A stretch of 64,000 nucleotides of DNA, taken from the NCBI RefSeq assembly GCF_009914755.1, contig NC_060948.1. The stretch is one strand, 5' to 3'. Below are positions 1 through 19,531 of this stretch, in pieces. The translations under genes and the position numbers were made by a program. The notes under the pieces are model-generated. The model searched no databases. It saw only the letters and a list, made by a program, of their open reading frames with translations, and was not told the origin of the DNA. The stretch's first letter is position 1. Every line of letters begins with the position of its first letter. This DNA comes from the human T2T-CHM13v2.0 reference genome, Homo sapiens.

Positions 1-208
1 GGTCCAAGTGATTGTCCTCCCTCAGCCTCCCAGGTAGCTGGGACTACACCACACTGGGACTACACCAGCTGCCACCATGCCTAGCTAATTTTTTGGATTT
101 TTAGTAGTGACAGCGTTTCACTGTATTGGCCAGGATGGTCTTGATCTCTTCACCTTGTGATCCCCTTGCCTTGGCCTCCAAATTTGCTGGGATTACAGGC
201 CTGAGCCA
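1..208 (-). mobile_element. Diverged Alu, partial (cut by window edge), unit 1
   Basis: Antisense Alu linker (CTAATTTTTTGGATTTTTAGTAG) and left arm ending GCTGGGATTACAGGCCTGAGCCA. Confidence 0.93.
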
Positions 209-780
209 AGATCCATATTTTTTAAATGAAAAAAAATTTCAAAGTTACTCTGCTTGGTACAATAATCAAATGTATAAACTGAGGAATAAAACATAACCGT
301 GAAACATACTTATAACTGCATATGGAAAATACAGAGGATAATTTTTTAAATAACATATTTTGAAAGCCTTAACTAGTAATTTGAAGAGTTGGCATTTGAA
401 AGGCCCGTATGAATATACCTCCAAAGCAGCAACACAGGTTCCCCATGAGAAAAAACAGACTCAGGGAAAATAAAACCAAAAAGGTTCAATCTCTTCTGAC
501 CTTTGAAAGACACAGCACAGACAGTGGTCCTTAGGACGAAGAGCAGGAGACCCCTAATTCCGTCACCATGGCGATAGGGCATAAACATTGCTGGGTGAGG
601 GCACAATCCACATTGTGAGGTCCAACTGCTGCCAGGAAGACAGGAGTGCTTTTACATAGACCGAAAGGTCATTGAAGGCTCAGAGTTTTGTTTCAAGAAC
701 TGAATCCCAAGCCCACACGTTATTAGGCTGCGCTTCTTAAAACAAGTTATGAGATGGGAAAAAGGGCACCCACAAACATA
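209..780. repeat. HSATI-type segment of the unit (representative copy; recurs immediately right of every Alu)
   Basis: ~570 bp of complex, non-Alu sequence from AGATCCATATTTTTT to GGGCACCCACAAACATA, nearly invariant in all 27 copies. Name assigned from the known DYZ2 composition; right boundary approximate. Confidence 0.8.
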
Positions 781-2628
<1,848 letters not shown>

Positions 2629-4733
2629 AGATCCATATTTTTTAAATGAAAAAAAATTTCAAAGGTACTCTGCTTGGTACAATAATCAAATGTATAAACT
2701 GAGGAATAAAACATAACCATGAAACTTACTTATAACTGTATACGGAAAATACAGAGGATAATTTTTTAAATAACATATTTTGAAAGCCTTAACTAGTAAT
2801 TTGAAGAGTTGGCATTTGAAAGGCCAGTATGAATATACCTTCAAAGCAGCAACATAGGTTCCCCATGAGAAAAAGCAAACTCAGGGAAAATAAAACCACA
2901 AAGGTTCAATCTCTTCTGACCTTTGAAAGACACAGCACAGACAGTGGTCCTTAGGACGAAGAGCAGGAGACCCCTAATTCCGTCACCATGGCGATAGGGC
3001 ATAAACATTGCTGGGTGAGGGCACAATCCACATTGTGAGGTCCAACTGCTGCCAGGAAGACAGGAGTGCTTTTACATAGACCGAAAGGTCATTGAAGGCT
3101 CAGAGTTTTGTTTCAAGAACTGAATCCCAAGCCCACACGTTATTAGGCTGCGCTTCTTAAAACAAGTTATGAGATGGGAAAAAGGGCACCCAAAAACATA
3201 CGTATACATTACGTATATAATAATATACAGTATCATATATATAATATATATAACCTATGTATAATATTGTTTTACATCCTGCATCTTATGTTATATATAT
3301 TGTATAAAATATAATAATTGATAATATATAAGTTTTATATTTATACAATATGACATATAGTATATATTATAATTTATGACATATGTAATATATGTTATAT
3401 ATCATATATAGAATATATTATACGGTTAATATACGTATTAAATATAAATTATACATTATATATATTATATATAATATATCTGTTATCTATAATACCCATT
3501 ATGCATAATATATATATTATGTCTATTTTATATATAGTATAAAACAACACATAATAATATATAATTGTATATATAAAATGCGACATATAATGTATATTAC
3601 ATTTTATGACATATGTAATATATATTTTATATTTTATATAATACGTTGTATGTATAATACCTATATTAAATATATATTATATGACTATGTTATTAATTAC
3701 ATGTCACATATGTTATATATTATATATATTACATAGAATATACCGGTTACATACAATATATACTATGTTACCTATAATGTATAATTTATTACATGTAAAA
3801 TAAAGAATGCAATATATTATGTATAATTTATAATATACAATATGTGGAATGTGATATATATAACATATAATATATGATATAGGATATACAGTATATGATA
3901 TATAACATACAATATATGATACCTAATATATATGGTATACAATATATATTTTATGATACGTATTCTATATGTTTTATATTCTGTTATATATAACTATTTG
4001 AAATTATATATAACTCTATAATATTTTATGTAAATATGTAATATAATATATATAACTATATAATATATTATATATAACTATATATTATGTTATATATACT
4101 TTTATAACATAATTTACATAAAATATCATAATATAATATATATTATATTATTTCATATTACATAATATATATTACATATCACCCAATATAAGTAACATAC
4201 ATAATATTATAATATAGATTATAATATGTTATATTAAATATCACATATATCATGTATCATGTATTATATAATACATATTATACATTATATAATATGTATG
4301 TTGTCTATTATGTGATATATATAACTATATATATAATTATATTATTATACATATATCTAGATAAACATGTAATTCTACATATTTTCATTTATAATATATA
4401 GAATTATATAATCGTATATAATTATTTATATTCTATGAAAAATTATATCATTATATAAATTATAATATATATAAATTATAATATGTACTACAAATATATA
4501 TATTATATATCATATATGATATAGTACCTTTGTTATATATCATAATACATATAAATGTGTATTATGTTATCTATAATTATATAATTTCATTTATAAGATG
4601 TATAATATGTATTATATATTATATACGTTATGTAATATATATAGTATATTTAACCTGACACAGGATAAATATTATATACTATGACATATAAAATATATGA
4701 GGTTATATGTTACATATAAGGTATAGCACATAA

Positions 4734-5049
<316 letters not shown>

Positions 5050-7154
5050 AGATCCATATTTTTTAAATGAAAAAAAATTTCAAAGTTACTCTGCTTGGTA
5101 CAATAATCAAATGTATAAACTGAGGAATAAAACATAACCATGAAACCTACTTATAACAGCATATGGAAAATACAGAGGATAATTTTTTAAATAACATATT
5201 TTGAAAGCCTTAACTAGTAATTTGAAGAGTTGGCATTTGAAAGGCCAGTATGAATATACCTTCAAAGCAGCAACACAGGTTCCCCATGAGAAAAAGCAAA
5301 CTCAGGGAAAATAAAACCACAAAGGTTCAATCTCTTCTGACCTTTGAAAGACACAGCACAGACAGTGGTCCTTAGGACGAAGAGCAGGAGACCCTTAATT
5401 CCGTCACCATGGCGATAGGACATAAACATTGCTGGGTGAGGGCACAATCCACATTGTGAGGTCCAACTGCTGCCAGGAAGACAGGAGTGCTTTTACATAG
5501 ACCGAAAGGTCATTGAAGGCTCAGAGTTTTGTTTCAAGCACTGAATCCCAAGCCCACACGTTATTAGGCTGCGCTTCTTAAAACAAGTTATGAGATGGGA
5601 AAAAGGGCACCCACAAACATACGTATACATTATGTATATAATAATATACAGTATCATATATATAATATATATAACCTATGTATAATATTGTTTTACATCC
5701 TGCATCTTCTGTTATATATATTGTATAAAATATAGTAATTGATAATATATAAGTTTTATATATATACAATATGACATATAGTATATATTATAATTTATGA
5801 CATATAAAATATATGTTATGTATCATATATAGAATATATTATACGGTTAATATACGTATTAAATATAAATTATACATTATATATATTATATATAATATAT
5901 CTGTTATATATAATACCCATTATGCATAATATATATATTATGTCTATGTTATATATAGTATAAAACAACACATAATAATATATAATTGTATATATAAAAT
6001 GCGACATATAATATATATTATATTTTATGACATATGTAATATATATTATATATTATATATAATACGTTGTAGGTATAATTCCTATATTAAATATATATTA
6101 TAGGACTATGTTATTAATTACATGTCACATATGTTATATATTATATATTTTACATAGAATATACCGGTTACATACAATATATACTATGTTACCTATAATG
6201 TATAATTTATTACATGTAAAATAAAGATTGCAATATATTATGTATAATTTATAGTATACAATATGTGGATTGTGATATATATAACATATAATATATGATA
6301 TATGATATACAGTATATGATATATAACATACAATATATGATTCCTAATATATATGGTATACAATATATATTTTATGATATGTATTCTGTATGTTTTATAT
6401 TCTGTTATATATAACTATTTGAAATTATATATAACTGTATAATATTTTATGTAAATATGTAATATAATATATATAACTATATAATATATTATATATAACT
6501 ATATATTATGTTATATATAGTTTTATAACATAATTTACATAAAATATCATAATATAATATATATTATATTATTTCATATTACATAATATATATTACATAT
6601 CACCCAATATAAGTAACATACATAATATTATAATATAGATTATATTATGTTACATTAAATATCATATATATCATGTATCATATATTCTATTATATATATT
6701 ACACATTATATAATATGTATGTTGTCTATTATGTGATATATAGAACTATATATATAATTATATTATTATACATATAACTACATAAACATGTAATTCTACA
6801 TATTTTCATTTATAATATATAGAATTATATAATCATATATAATTATTTATATTCTATAAAAAATTATATCATTATATAAATTATAATATATAAAAATTAT
6901 AATATGTACTACAAATATATATCTTATATATCATATATGATATAGTACCTTTGTTATATATCATAATACATATAAATGTGTATTATGTTTTCTATAATTA
7001 TATAAATTCATATATAAGATGTATAATATGTATCATATATTATATATATTATGTAATATATATAGTATATATAAGCTGACACAGGATAAATATTATATAC
7101 TATGACATATAAAATATATGAGGTTATATGTTACATATAAGGCATAGCACATAA

Positions 7155-7469
<315 letters not shown>

Positions 7470-9548
7470 AGATCCATATTTTTTAAATGAAAAAAAATTT
7501 CAAAGGTACTCTGCTTGGTACAATAATCAAATGTATAAACTGAGGAATAAAACATAACCATGAAACCTACTTATAACTGCATATGGAAAATACAGAGGAT
7601 AATTTTTTAAATAACATATTTTGAAAGCCTTAACTAGTAATTTGAAGAGTTGGCATTTGAAAGGCCAGTATGAATATACCTTCAAAGCAGCAACACAGGT
7701 TCCCCATGAGGAAAAGCAAACTCAGGGAAAATAAAACCACAAAGGTTCCATCTCTTCTGACCTTTGAAAGACACAGCACAGACAGTGGTCCTTAGGACGA
7801 AGAGCAGGAGACCCCTAATTCCGTCACCATGGCGATAGGGCATAAACATTGCTGGGTGAGGGCACAATCCACATTGTGAGGTCCAACTGCTGCCAGGAAG
7901 ACAGGAGTGCTTTTACATAGACCGAAAGGTCATTGAAGGCTCAGAGTTTTGTTTCAAGAACTGAATCCCAAGCCCACACGTTATTAGGCTGCGCTTCTTA
8001 AAACAGGTTATGAGATGGGAAAAAGGGCACCCACAAACATACGTATACATTATGTATATAATAATATACAGTATCATATATATAATATATATAACCTATG
8101 TATAATATTGTTTTACATCGTGCATCTTATGTTATATATATTGTATAAAATATAATAATTGATAATATATAAGTATTATATTTATACAATATGGCATATA
8201 GTATATATTATAATTTATGACATATATAATATATGTTATATATCATATGTAGAATATATTATATGGTTAATATACGTATTAAATATAAATTTTACATTAT
8301 ATATATTATATATAATATATCTGATATATATAATACCCATTATGCATAATATATATATTATGTCTATGTTATATATAGTATAAAACAACACATAATAATA
8401 TATAATTGTATATATAAAATGCGACATATAATATATATTATATTTTATGACATATGTAATATATATTATATATTATATATAATACGTTGTAGGTATAATT
8501 CCTATATTAAATATATATTATAGGACTATGTTATTAATTACATGTCACATATGTTATATATTATATATTTTACATAGAATATACCGGTTACATACAATAT
8601 ATACTATGTAACCTATAATGTATAATTTATTACATGTAAAATAAAGATTGCAATATATTATGTATAATGTATAGTATACAATATGTGGATTGTGATATCT
8701 ATAACATATAATATATGATATATGATATACAGTATATGATATATAACATACAATATATGATACCTAATATATATGGTATACAATATATATTTTATGATAT
8801 GTATTCTCTATGTTTTATATTCTGTTATATATAACTATTTGAAATTATATATAACTGTATAATATTTTATGTAAATATGTAATATAATATATAACTATAT
8901 ATTATGTTTTATATACTTTTGTAACATAATTTACATAAAATATCATAATATAATATATATTATATTATTTCATATTACATAATATATATTACATATCACC
9001 CAATATAAGTAACATACATAATATGTTAATATAGATTATATTATGTTATATTAAATATGATATATATCATGTATCATATATTCTATAATATATATGATAC
9101 ATTATATAATATGTATGTTGTCTATTATGTGATATATATAACTATATACAATTATATTATTATACATATTACTAGATAAACATGTAAATCTACATATTTT
9201 CATTTATAATATATAGAATTATATAATCATATATAATTATTTATATTGTATAAAAAATTATATCATTATATAAATTATAATATATAAAAATTATAATATG
9301 TACTACAAATATATATATTATATATCATATATGATATAGTACCTTTGTTATATATCATAATACAAATAAATGTGTATTATGTTATCTATAGATATATAAT
9401 TTCATATATAAGATGTATAATATGTATTATATATTATATATGTTATGTAATATATATAGTATATATAAGATGACACAGGATAAATATTATATACTATGAC
9501 ATATAAAATATATGAGGTTATATGTTACATATAAGGCATAGCACATAA

Positions 9549-9863
<315 letters not shown>

Positions 9864-11987
9864 AGATCCATATTTTTTAAATGAAAAAAAATTTCAAAGG
9901 TACTCTGCTTGGTACAATAATCAAATGTATAAACTGAGGAATAAAACATAACCATGAAACCTACTTATAACTGCATATGGAAAATACAGAGGATAATTTT
10001 TTAAATAACATATTTTGAAAGCCTTAACTAGTAATTTGAAGAGTTGGCATTTGAAAGGCCAGTATGAATATACCTTCAAAGCAGCAACACAGGTTCCCCA
10101 TGAGAAAAAGCAAACTCAGGGAAAATAAAACCACAAAGGTTCCATCTCTTCTGACCTTTGTAAGACACAGCACAGACAGTGGTCCTTAGGACGAAGAGCA
10201 GGAGACCCCTAATTCCGTCACCATGGCGATAGGGCATAAACATTGCTGGGTGAGGGCACAATCCACATTGTGAGGTCCAACTGCTGCCAGGAAGACAGGA
10301 GTGCTTTTACATAGACCGAAAGGTCATTGAAGGCTCAGAGTTTTGTTTCAAGAACTGAATGCCAAGCCCACACGTTATTAGGCTGCGCTTCTTAAAACAA
10401 GTTATGAGATGGGAAAAAGGGCACCTACAAACATACGTATACATTATGTATATAATAATATACAGTATCATATATATAATATGTATAACCCATGTATAAT
10501 ATTGTTTTACATCCTGCATCTTATATTATATATATTGTATAAAATATAATAATTGATAATATATAAATTTTATATTTCTACAATATGACATATAGTATAT
10601 ATTATAATTTATGAGATATATAATATATGTTATATATCATATATAGAATATATTATACGGTTAATATACGTATTAAATATAAATTATACATTATATATAT
10701 TATATATAATATATCTGCTATATATAATACCCATTATGCATAATATATATATTATGTCTATGTTATATATAGTATAAAACAACATATAATAATATATAAT
10801 TGTATATATAAAATGCGACATATAATATATATTATATTTTATGACATATGTAATATATATTATATATTATATATAATACGTTGTATGTATAATACCTATA
10901 TTAAATATAAATTATATGACTATGTTATTAATTACATGTCACATATGTTATATATTATATAGTTTACATAGAATATACCGGTTACATACAATATATACTA
11001 TGTTACCTATAATGTATAATTTATTACATGTAAAATAAAGAATGCAATATATTATGTATAATTTATAATATACAATATGTGGAATGTGATATATATAACA
11101 TATAATATATGATATATGATATACAGTATATGATATATAACATACAATATATGATACCTAATATATATGGTATACAATATATATTTTATGATATGTATTC
11201 TCTATGTTTTATATTCTGTTATATATAACTATTTGAAATTATATATAACTGTATAATATTTTATGTAAATATGTAATATAATATATAACTATATAATATA
11301 TTATATATAACTATATATTATGTTATATATACTTTTGTAACATAATTTACATAAAATATCATAATATAATATATATTATATTATTTCATATTACATAATA
11401 TATATTACATATCACCCAATATAAGTAACATACATAATATGTTAATATAGATTATATTATGTTATATTAAATATGATATATATCATGTATCATATATTCT
11501 ATAATATATATGATACATTATATAATATGTATGTTGTCTATTATGTGATATATATAACTATATACAATTATATTATTATACATATTACTAGATAAACATG
11601 TAAATCTACATATTTTCATTTATAATATATAGAATTATATAATCATATATAATTATTTATATTGTATAAAAAATTATATCATTATATAAATTATAATATA
11701 TAAAAATTATAATATGTACTACAAATATATATATTATATATCATATATGATATAGTACCTTTGTTATATATCATAATACAAATAAATGTGTATTATGTTA
11801 TCTATAGATATATAATTTCATATATAAGATGTATAATATGTATTATATATTATATATGTTATGTAATATATATAGTATATATAAGATGACACAGGATAAA
11901 TATTATATACTATGACATATAAAATATATGAGGTTATATGTTACATATAAGGCATAGCACATAACATGTAATATATATCATATATAA

Positions 11988-12279
<292 letters not shown>

Positions 12280-14407
12280 AGATCCATATATTTTAAATGA
12301 AAAAAAATTTCAAAGGTACTCTGCTTGGTACAATAATCAAATGTATAAACTGAGGAATAAAACATAACCATGAAACCTACTTATAAGTGCATATGGAAAA
12401 TACAGAGGATAATTTTTTAAATAACATATTTTGAAAGCCTTAACTAGTAATTTGAAGAGTTGGCATTTGAAAGGCCAGTATGAATATACCTTCAAAGCAG
12501 CAACACAGGTTCCCCATGAGAAAAAGCAAACTCAGGGAAAATAAAACCACAAAGGTTCAATCTCTTCTGACCTTTGAAAGACACAGCACAGACAGTGGTC
12601 CTTAGGACGAAGAGCAGTAGACCCCTAATTCCGTCACCATGGCGATAGGGCATAAACACTGCTGGGTGAGGGCACAATCCACATTGTGAGGTCCAACTGC
12701 TGCCAGGAAGACAGGAGTGCTTTTACATAGACCGAAAGGTCATTGAAGGCTCAGAGTTTTGTTTCAAGAACTGAATCCCAAGCCCACACGTTATTAGGCT
12801 GCGCTTCTTAAAACAAGTTATGAGATGGGAAAAAGGGCACCCACAAACATACGTATACATTATGTATATAATAATATACAGTATCATATATATAATATAT
12901 ATAACCTATGTATAATATTGTTTTACATCCTGCATCTTATATTATGTATATTGTATAAAATATAATTATTGATAATATATAAATTTTATATTTATACAAT
13001 ATGACATATAGTATATATTATAATTTATGACATATATAATATATGTTATATATCATATATAGAATATATTATACGGTTAATATACGTATTAAATATAAAT
13101 TATACATTATATATATTATATATAATATTTCTGTTATATATAATACCCATTATGCATAATATATGTATTATGTGTATGTTATATATAGTATAAAACAACA
13201 TATAATAATATATAATTGTATATATAAAATGCGACATATAATATATATTATATTTTATGACATATGTTATAAATATTATATATTATATATAATACGTTGT
13301 ATGTATAATACCTATATTAAATATATATTATATGACTATGTTATTAATTACATGTCACATATGTTATATATTATATATTTTACATAGAATATACCGGTTA
13401 CATACAATATATACTATGTTACCTATAATGTATAATTTATTACATGTAAAATAAAGAATGCAATATATTATGTGTAATTTATAATATACAATATGTGGAA
13501 TGTGATATATATAACATATAATATATGATATATGATATACAGTATATGATATATAACATACAATATATGATACCTAATATATATGGTATACAATATATAT
13601 TTTATGATATGTATTCTATATGTTTTATATTCTGTTATATATAACTATTTGAAATTATATATAACTGTATAATATTTTATGTAAATATGTAATATAATAT
13701 ATATAACTATATAATATATTATATATAACTATATATTATGTTATATATACTTTTATATCTTAATTTACATAAAATATCATAGTATAATATATATTATATT
13801 ACTTCATATTACATAATATATATTACATATCACCCAATATAAGTAACATACATAATATTATAATATACATTATATTATGTTATATTAAATATCATATATA
13901 TCATGTATCATATATTCTATAATATATATTATACATTATATAATATGCATGTTGTCTATTATGTGATATATATAACTATATATATAATTATATTATTATA
14001 CATATATCTAGATAAACATGTAATTCTACATATTTTCATTTATAATATATAGAATTACATAATCATATATAATTATTTATATTCTATAAAAAATTATATC
14101 ATTATATAAATTATAATATATAAAAATTATAATATGTACTATAAATATATATATTATATATCATATATGATATAGTACCTTTGTTATATATCATAATACA
14201 TATAAATGTGTATTATGTTATCTATAATTATATAATTTCATATATAAGATGTATAATATTTATTATATATTATATATGTTATGTAATATATATAGTATAT
14301 ATAAGATGACACCGGATAAATATTATATACTATGACATATAAAATATATGAGGTTATATGTTACATATAAGGCATAGCACATAACATGTAATATATATCA
14401 TCTATAA

Positions 14408-14699
14408 TTTTTTTTTAGACAGAGTCTTGTCCTGTTGCACAGGGTGGAGTACAATGGCGCCATCTTTGCTCCCTGCAACATCTGCCTCACGGGTCCAAGC
14501 GATTGTCCTCCCTCAGCCTCCCAGGTAGCTGGGACTACACCACACTGGGACTACACCAGCTGCCACCATGCCTAGCTAATTTTTTGGATTTTTAGTAGTG
14601 ACAGCGTTTCACTGTATTGGCCAGGATGGTCTTGATCTCTTCACCTTGTGATCCCCTTGCCTTGGCCTCCAAATTTGCTGGGATTACAGGCCTGAGCCA
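14408..14699 (-). mobile_element. Diverged Alu, unit 7
   Basis: Same Alu copy within the tandem unit. Confidence 0.95.
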
Positions 14700-16796
14700 A
14701 GATCCATATTTTTTAAATGAAAAAAAATTTCAAAGGTACTCTGCTTGGTACAATAATCAAATGTATAAACTGAGGAATAAAACATAACCATGAAACCTAC
14801 TTATAACTGCATATGGAAAATACAGAGGATAATTTTTTAAATAACATATTTTGAAAGCCTTAACTAGTAATTTGAAGAGTTGGCATTTGAAAGGCCAGTA
14901 TGAATATACCTTCAAAGCAGCAACACAGGTTCCCCATGAGAAAAAGCAAACTCAGGGAAAATAAAACCACAAAGGTTCAATCTCTTCTGACCTTTGAAAG
15001 ACACAGCACAGACAGTGGACCTTAGGACGAAGAGCAGGAGACCCCTAATTCCGTCACCATGGCGATAGGGCATAAACATTGCTGGGTGAGTGCACAATCC
15101 ACATTGTGAGGTCCAACTGCTGCCAGGAAGACAGGAGTGCTTTTACATAGACCGAAAGGTCATTGAAGGCTCAGAGTTTTGTTTCAAGAACTGAATCCCA
15201 AGCCCACACGTTATTAGGCTGCGCTTCTTAAAACAAGTTATGAGATGGGAAAAAGGGCACCCACAAACATACGTATACATTATGTATATAATAATATACA
15301 GTATCATATATATAATATATATAACCTATGTATAATATTGTTTTACATCCTGCATCTAATATTATATATATTGTATAAAATATAATTATTGATAATATAT
15401 AAATTTTATATTTATACAATATGACATATAGTATATATTATAATTTATGACATATATAATATATGTTATATATCATATATAGAATATATTATACGGTTAA
15501 TATACGTATTAAATATAAATTATACATTATATATATTATATATATTTCTGTTATATATAATACCCATTATGCATAATATATATATTATGTGTATGTTATA
15601 TATAGTATAAAACAACATATAATAATATATAATTGTATATATAAAATGCGACATATAATATATATATTTTATGACATATGTTATAAATATTATATATTAT
15701 ATATAATACGTTGTATGTATAATACATATATTAAATATATATTATATGACTATGTTATTAATTACATGTCACATATGTTATATATTATATATTTTACATA
15801 GAATATACCGGTTACATACAATATATACTATGTTACCTATAATGTATAATATATTACATGTAAAATAAACAATGCAATATATTATGTATAATTTATAATA
15901 TACAATATGTGGAATGTGATATATATAACATATAATATATGATATATGATATACAGTATATGATATATAACATGCAATATATGATACCTAATATATATGG
16001 TATACAATATATATTTTATGATATGTATTCTATATGTTTTATATTCTGTTATATGTAAATATTTGAAATTATATATAACTGTATAATATTTTATGTAAAT
16101 ATGTAATATAATATATAACTATGTAATATATTATATATAACTATATATTATGTTATATATACTTTTATAACATAATTTACATAAAATATCATAATATAAT
16201 ATATATTATATTATTTCATATTACATAATATATATTACATATCACCCAATATAAGTACAATACATAATATTATAATATAGATTATATTATGTTATATTAA
16301 ATATCATATATATCATGTATCATATATTCTATAATATATATTATACATTATATACTATGTATGTTGTCTATTATGTGATATATATAACTATATATATAAT
16401 TATATTATTATACATATAACTAGATAAACATGTAATTCTACATATTTTCATTTATAATATATAGAATTATATAATCATATATAATTATTTATATTCTATA
16501 AAAAATTATAGCTTTATATAAATTATAATATATAAAAATTATAATATGTACTACAAATATATATATTGTATATCATATATGATATAGTACCTTTGTTATA
16601 TATCATAATACATATAAATGTGTATTATGTTATCTATAATTATATAATTTCATATATAAGATGTATAATATTTATTATATATTATATATGTTATGTAATA
16701 TATATAGTATATATAAGATGACACAGGATAAATATTATATACTATGACATATAAAATATATGAGGTTATATGTTACATATAAGGCATAGCACATAA

Positions 16797-17111
<315 letters not shown>

Positions 17112-19216
17112 AGATCCATATTTTTTAAATGAAAAAAAATTTCAAAGGTACTCTGCTTGGTACAATAATCAAATGTATAAACTGAGGAATAAAACATAAC
17201 CATGAAACCTACTTATAAGTGCATATGGAAAATACAGAGGATAATTTTTTAAATAACATATTTTGAAAGCCTTAACTAGTAATTTGAAGAGTTGGCATTT
17301 GAAAGGCCAGTATGAATATACCTTCAAAGCAGCAACACAGGTTCCCCATGAGAAAAAGCAAACTCAGGGAAAATAAAACCACAAAGGTTCAATCTCTTCT
17401 GACCTTTGAAAGACACAGCACAGACAGTGGTCCTTAGGACGAAGAGCAGGAGACCCCTAATTCCGTCACCATGGCGATAGGGCATAAACACTGCTGGGTG
17501 AGGGCACAATCCACATTGTGAGGTCCAACTGCTGCCAGGAAGACAGGAGTGCTTTTACATAGACCGAAAGGTCATTGAAGGCTCAGAGTTTTGTTTCAAG
17601 AACTGAATCCCAAGCCCACACGTTATTAGGCTGCGCTTCTTAAAACAAGTTATGAGATGGGAAAAAGGGCACCCACAAACATACGTATACATTATGCATA
17701 TAATAATATACAGTATCATATATATAATATATATAACCTATGTATAATATTGTTTTACATCCTGCATCTTATATTATATATATTGTATGAAATATAATAA
17801 TTGATAATATATAAGTTGTATATTTATACAATATGACATATAGTATATATTATAATTTATGACATATATAATATATGTTATATATCATATATAGAATATA
17901 TTATACGGTTAATATACGTATTAAATATAAATTATACATTATATGTATTATATATAATATATCTGCTATATATAATACCCATTATGCATAATATATATAT
18001 TATGTCTATGTTATGTATAGTATAAAACAACATATAATAATATATAATTGTATATATAAAATGCGACATATAATATATATTATATTTTATGACATCTGTA
18101 ATATATATTATATATTATATATAATACGTTGTATGTATAATACCTATATTAAATATATATTATATGACTATGTTATTAATTACATGTCACATATGTTATA
18201 TATTATATAGTTTACATAGAATATACCGGTTACATACAATATATACTATGTTACCTATAATGTATAATTTATTACATGTAAAATAAAGAATGCAATATAT
18301 TATGTGTAATTTATAATATACAATATGTGGAATGTGATATATATAACATATACTATATGATATATGATATACAGTATATGATATATAACATACAATATAT
18401 GATACCTAATATATATGATATACAATATATATTTTATGATATGTATTCTATATGTTTTATATTCTGTTATATATAACTATTTGAAATTATATATAACTGT
18501 ATAATATTTTATGTAAATATGTAATATAATATATATAACTATATAATATATTATATATAACTATATATTATGTTATATATACTTTTATAACTTAATTTAC
18601 ATAAAATATCATAGTATAATATATATTATATTACTTCATATTACATAATATATATTACATATCACCCAATATAAGTAACATACATAATATTATAATATAC
18701 ATTATATTAGGTTATATTAAACATCATATATATCATGTATCATATATTCTATAATATATATTATACATTATATAATATGCATGTTGTCTATTATGTGATA
18801 TATATAACTATATATATAATTATATTATTATACATATAACTAGATAAACATGTAATTCTACATATTTTCATTTATAATATATAGAATTACATAATCATAT
18901 ATAATTATTTATATTCTATAAAAAATTATATCATTATATAAATTATAATATATAAAAATTATAATATGTACTACAAATATATATATTATATATCATATAT
19001 GATATAGTACCTTTGTTATATATCATAATACATATAAATGTGTATTATGTTATCTATAATTATATAATTTCATATATAAGATGTATAATATTTATTATAT
19101 ATTATATATGTTATGTAATATATATAGTATATATAAGATGACACAGGATAAATATTATATACTATGACATATAAAATATATGAGGTTATATGTTACATAT
19201 AAGGCATAGCACATAA

Positions 19217-19531
<315 letters not shown>

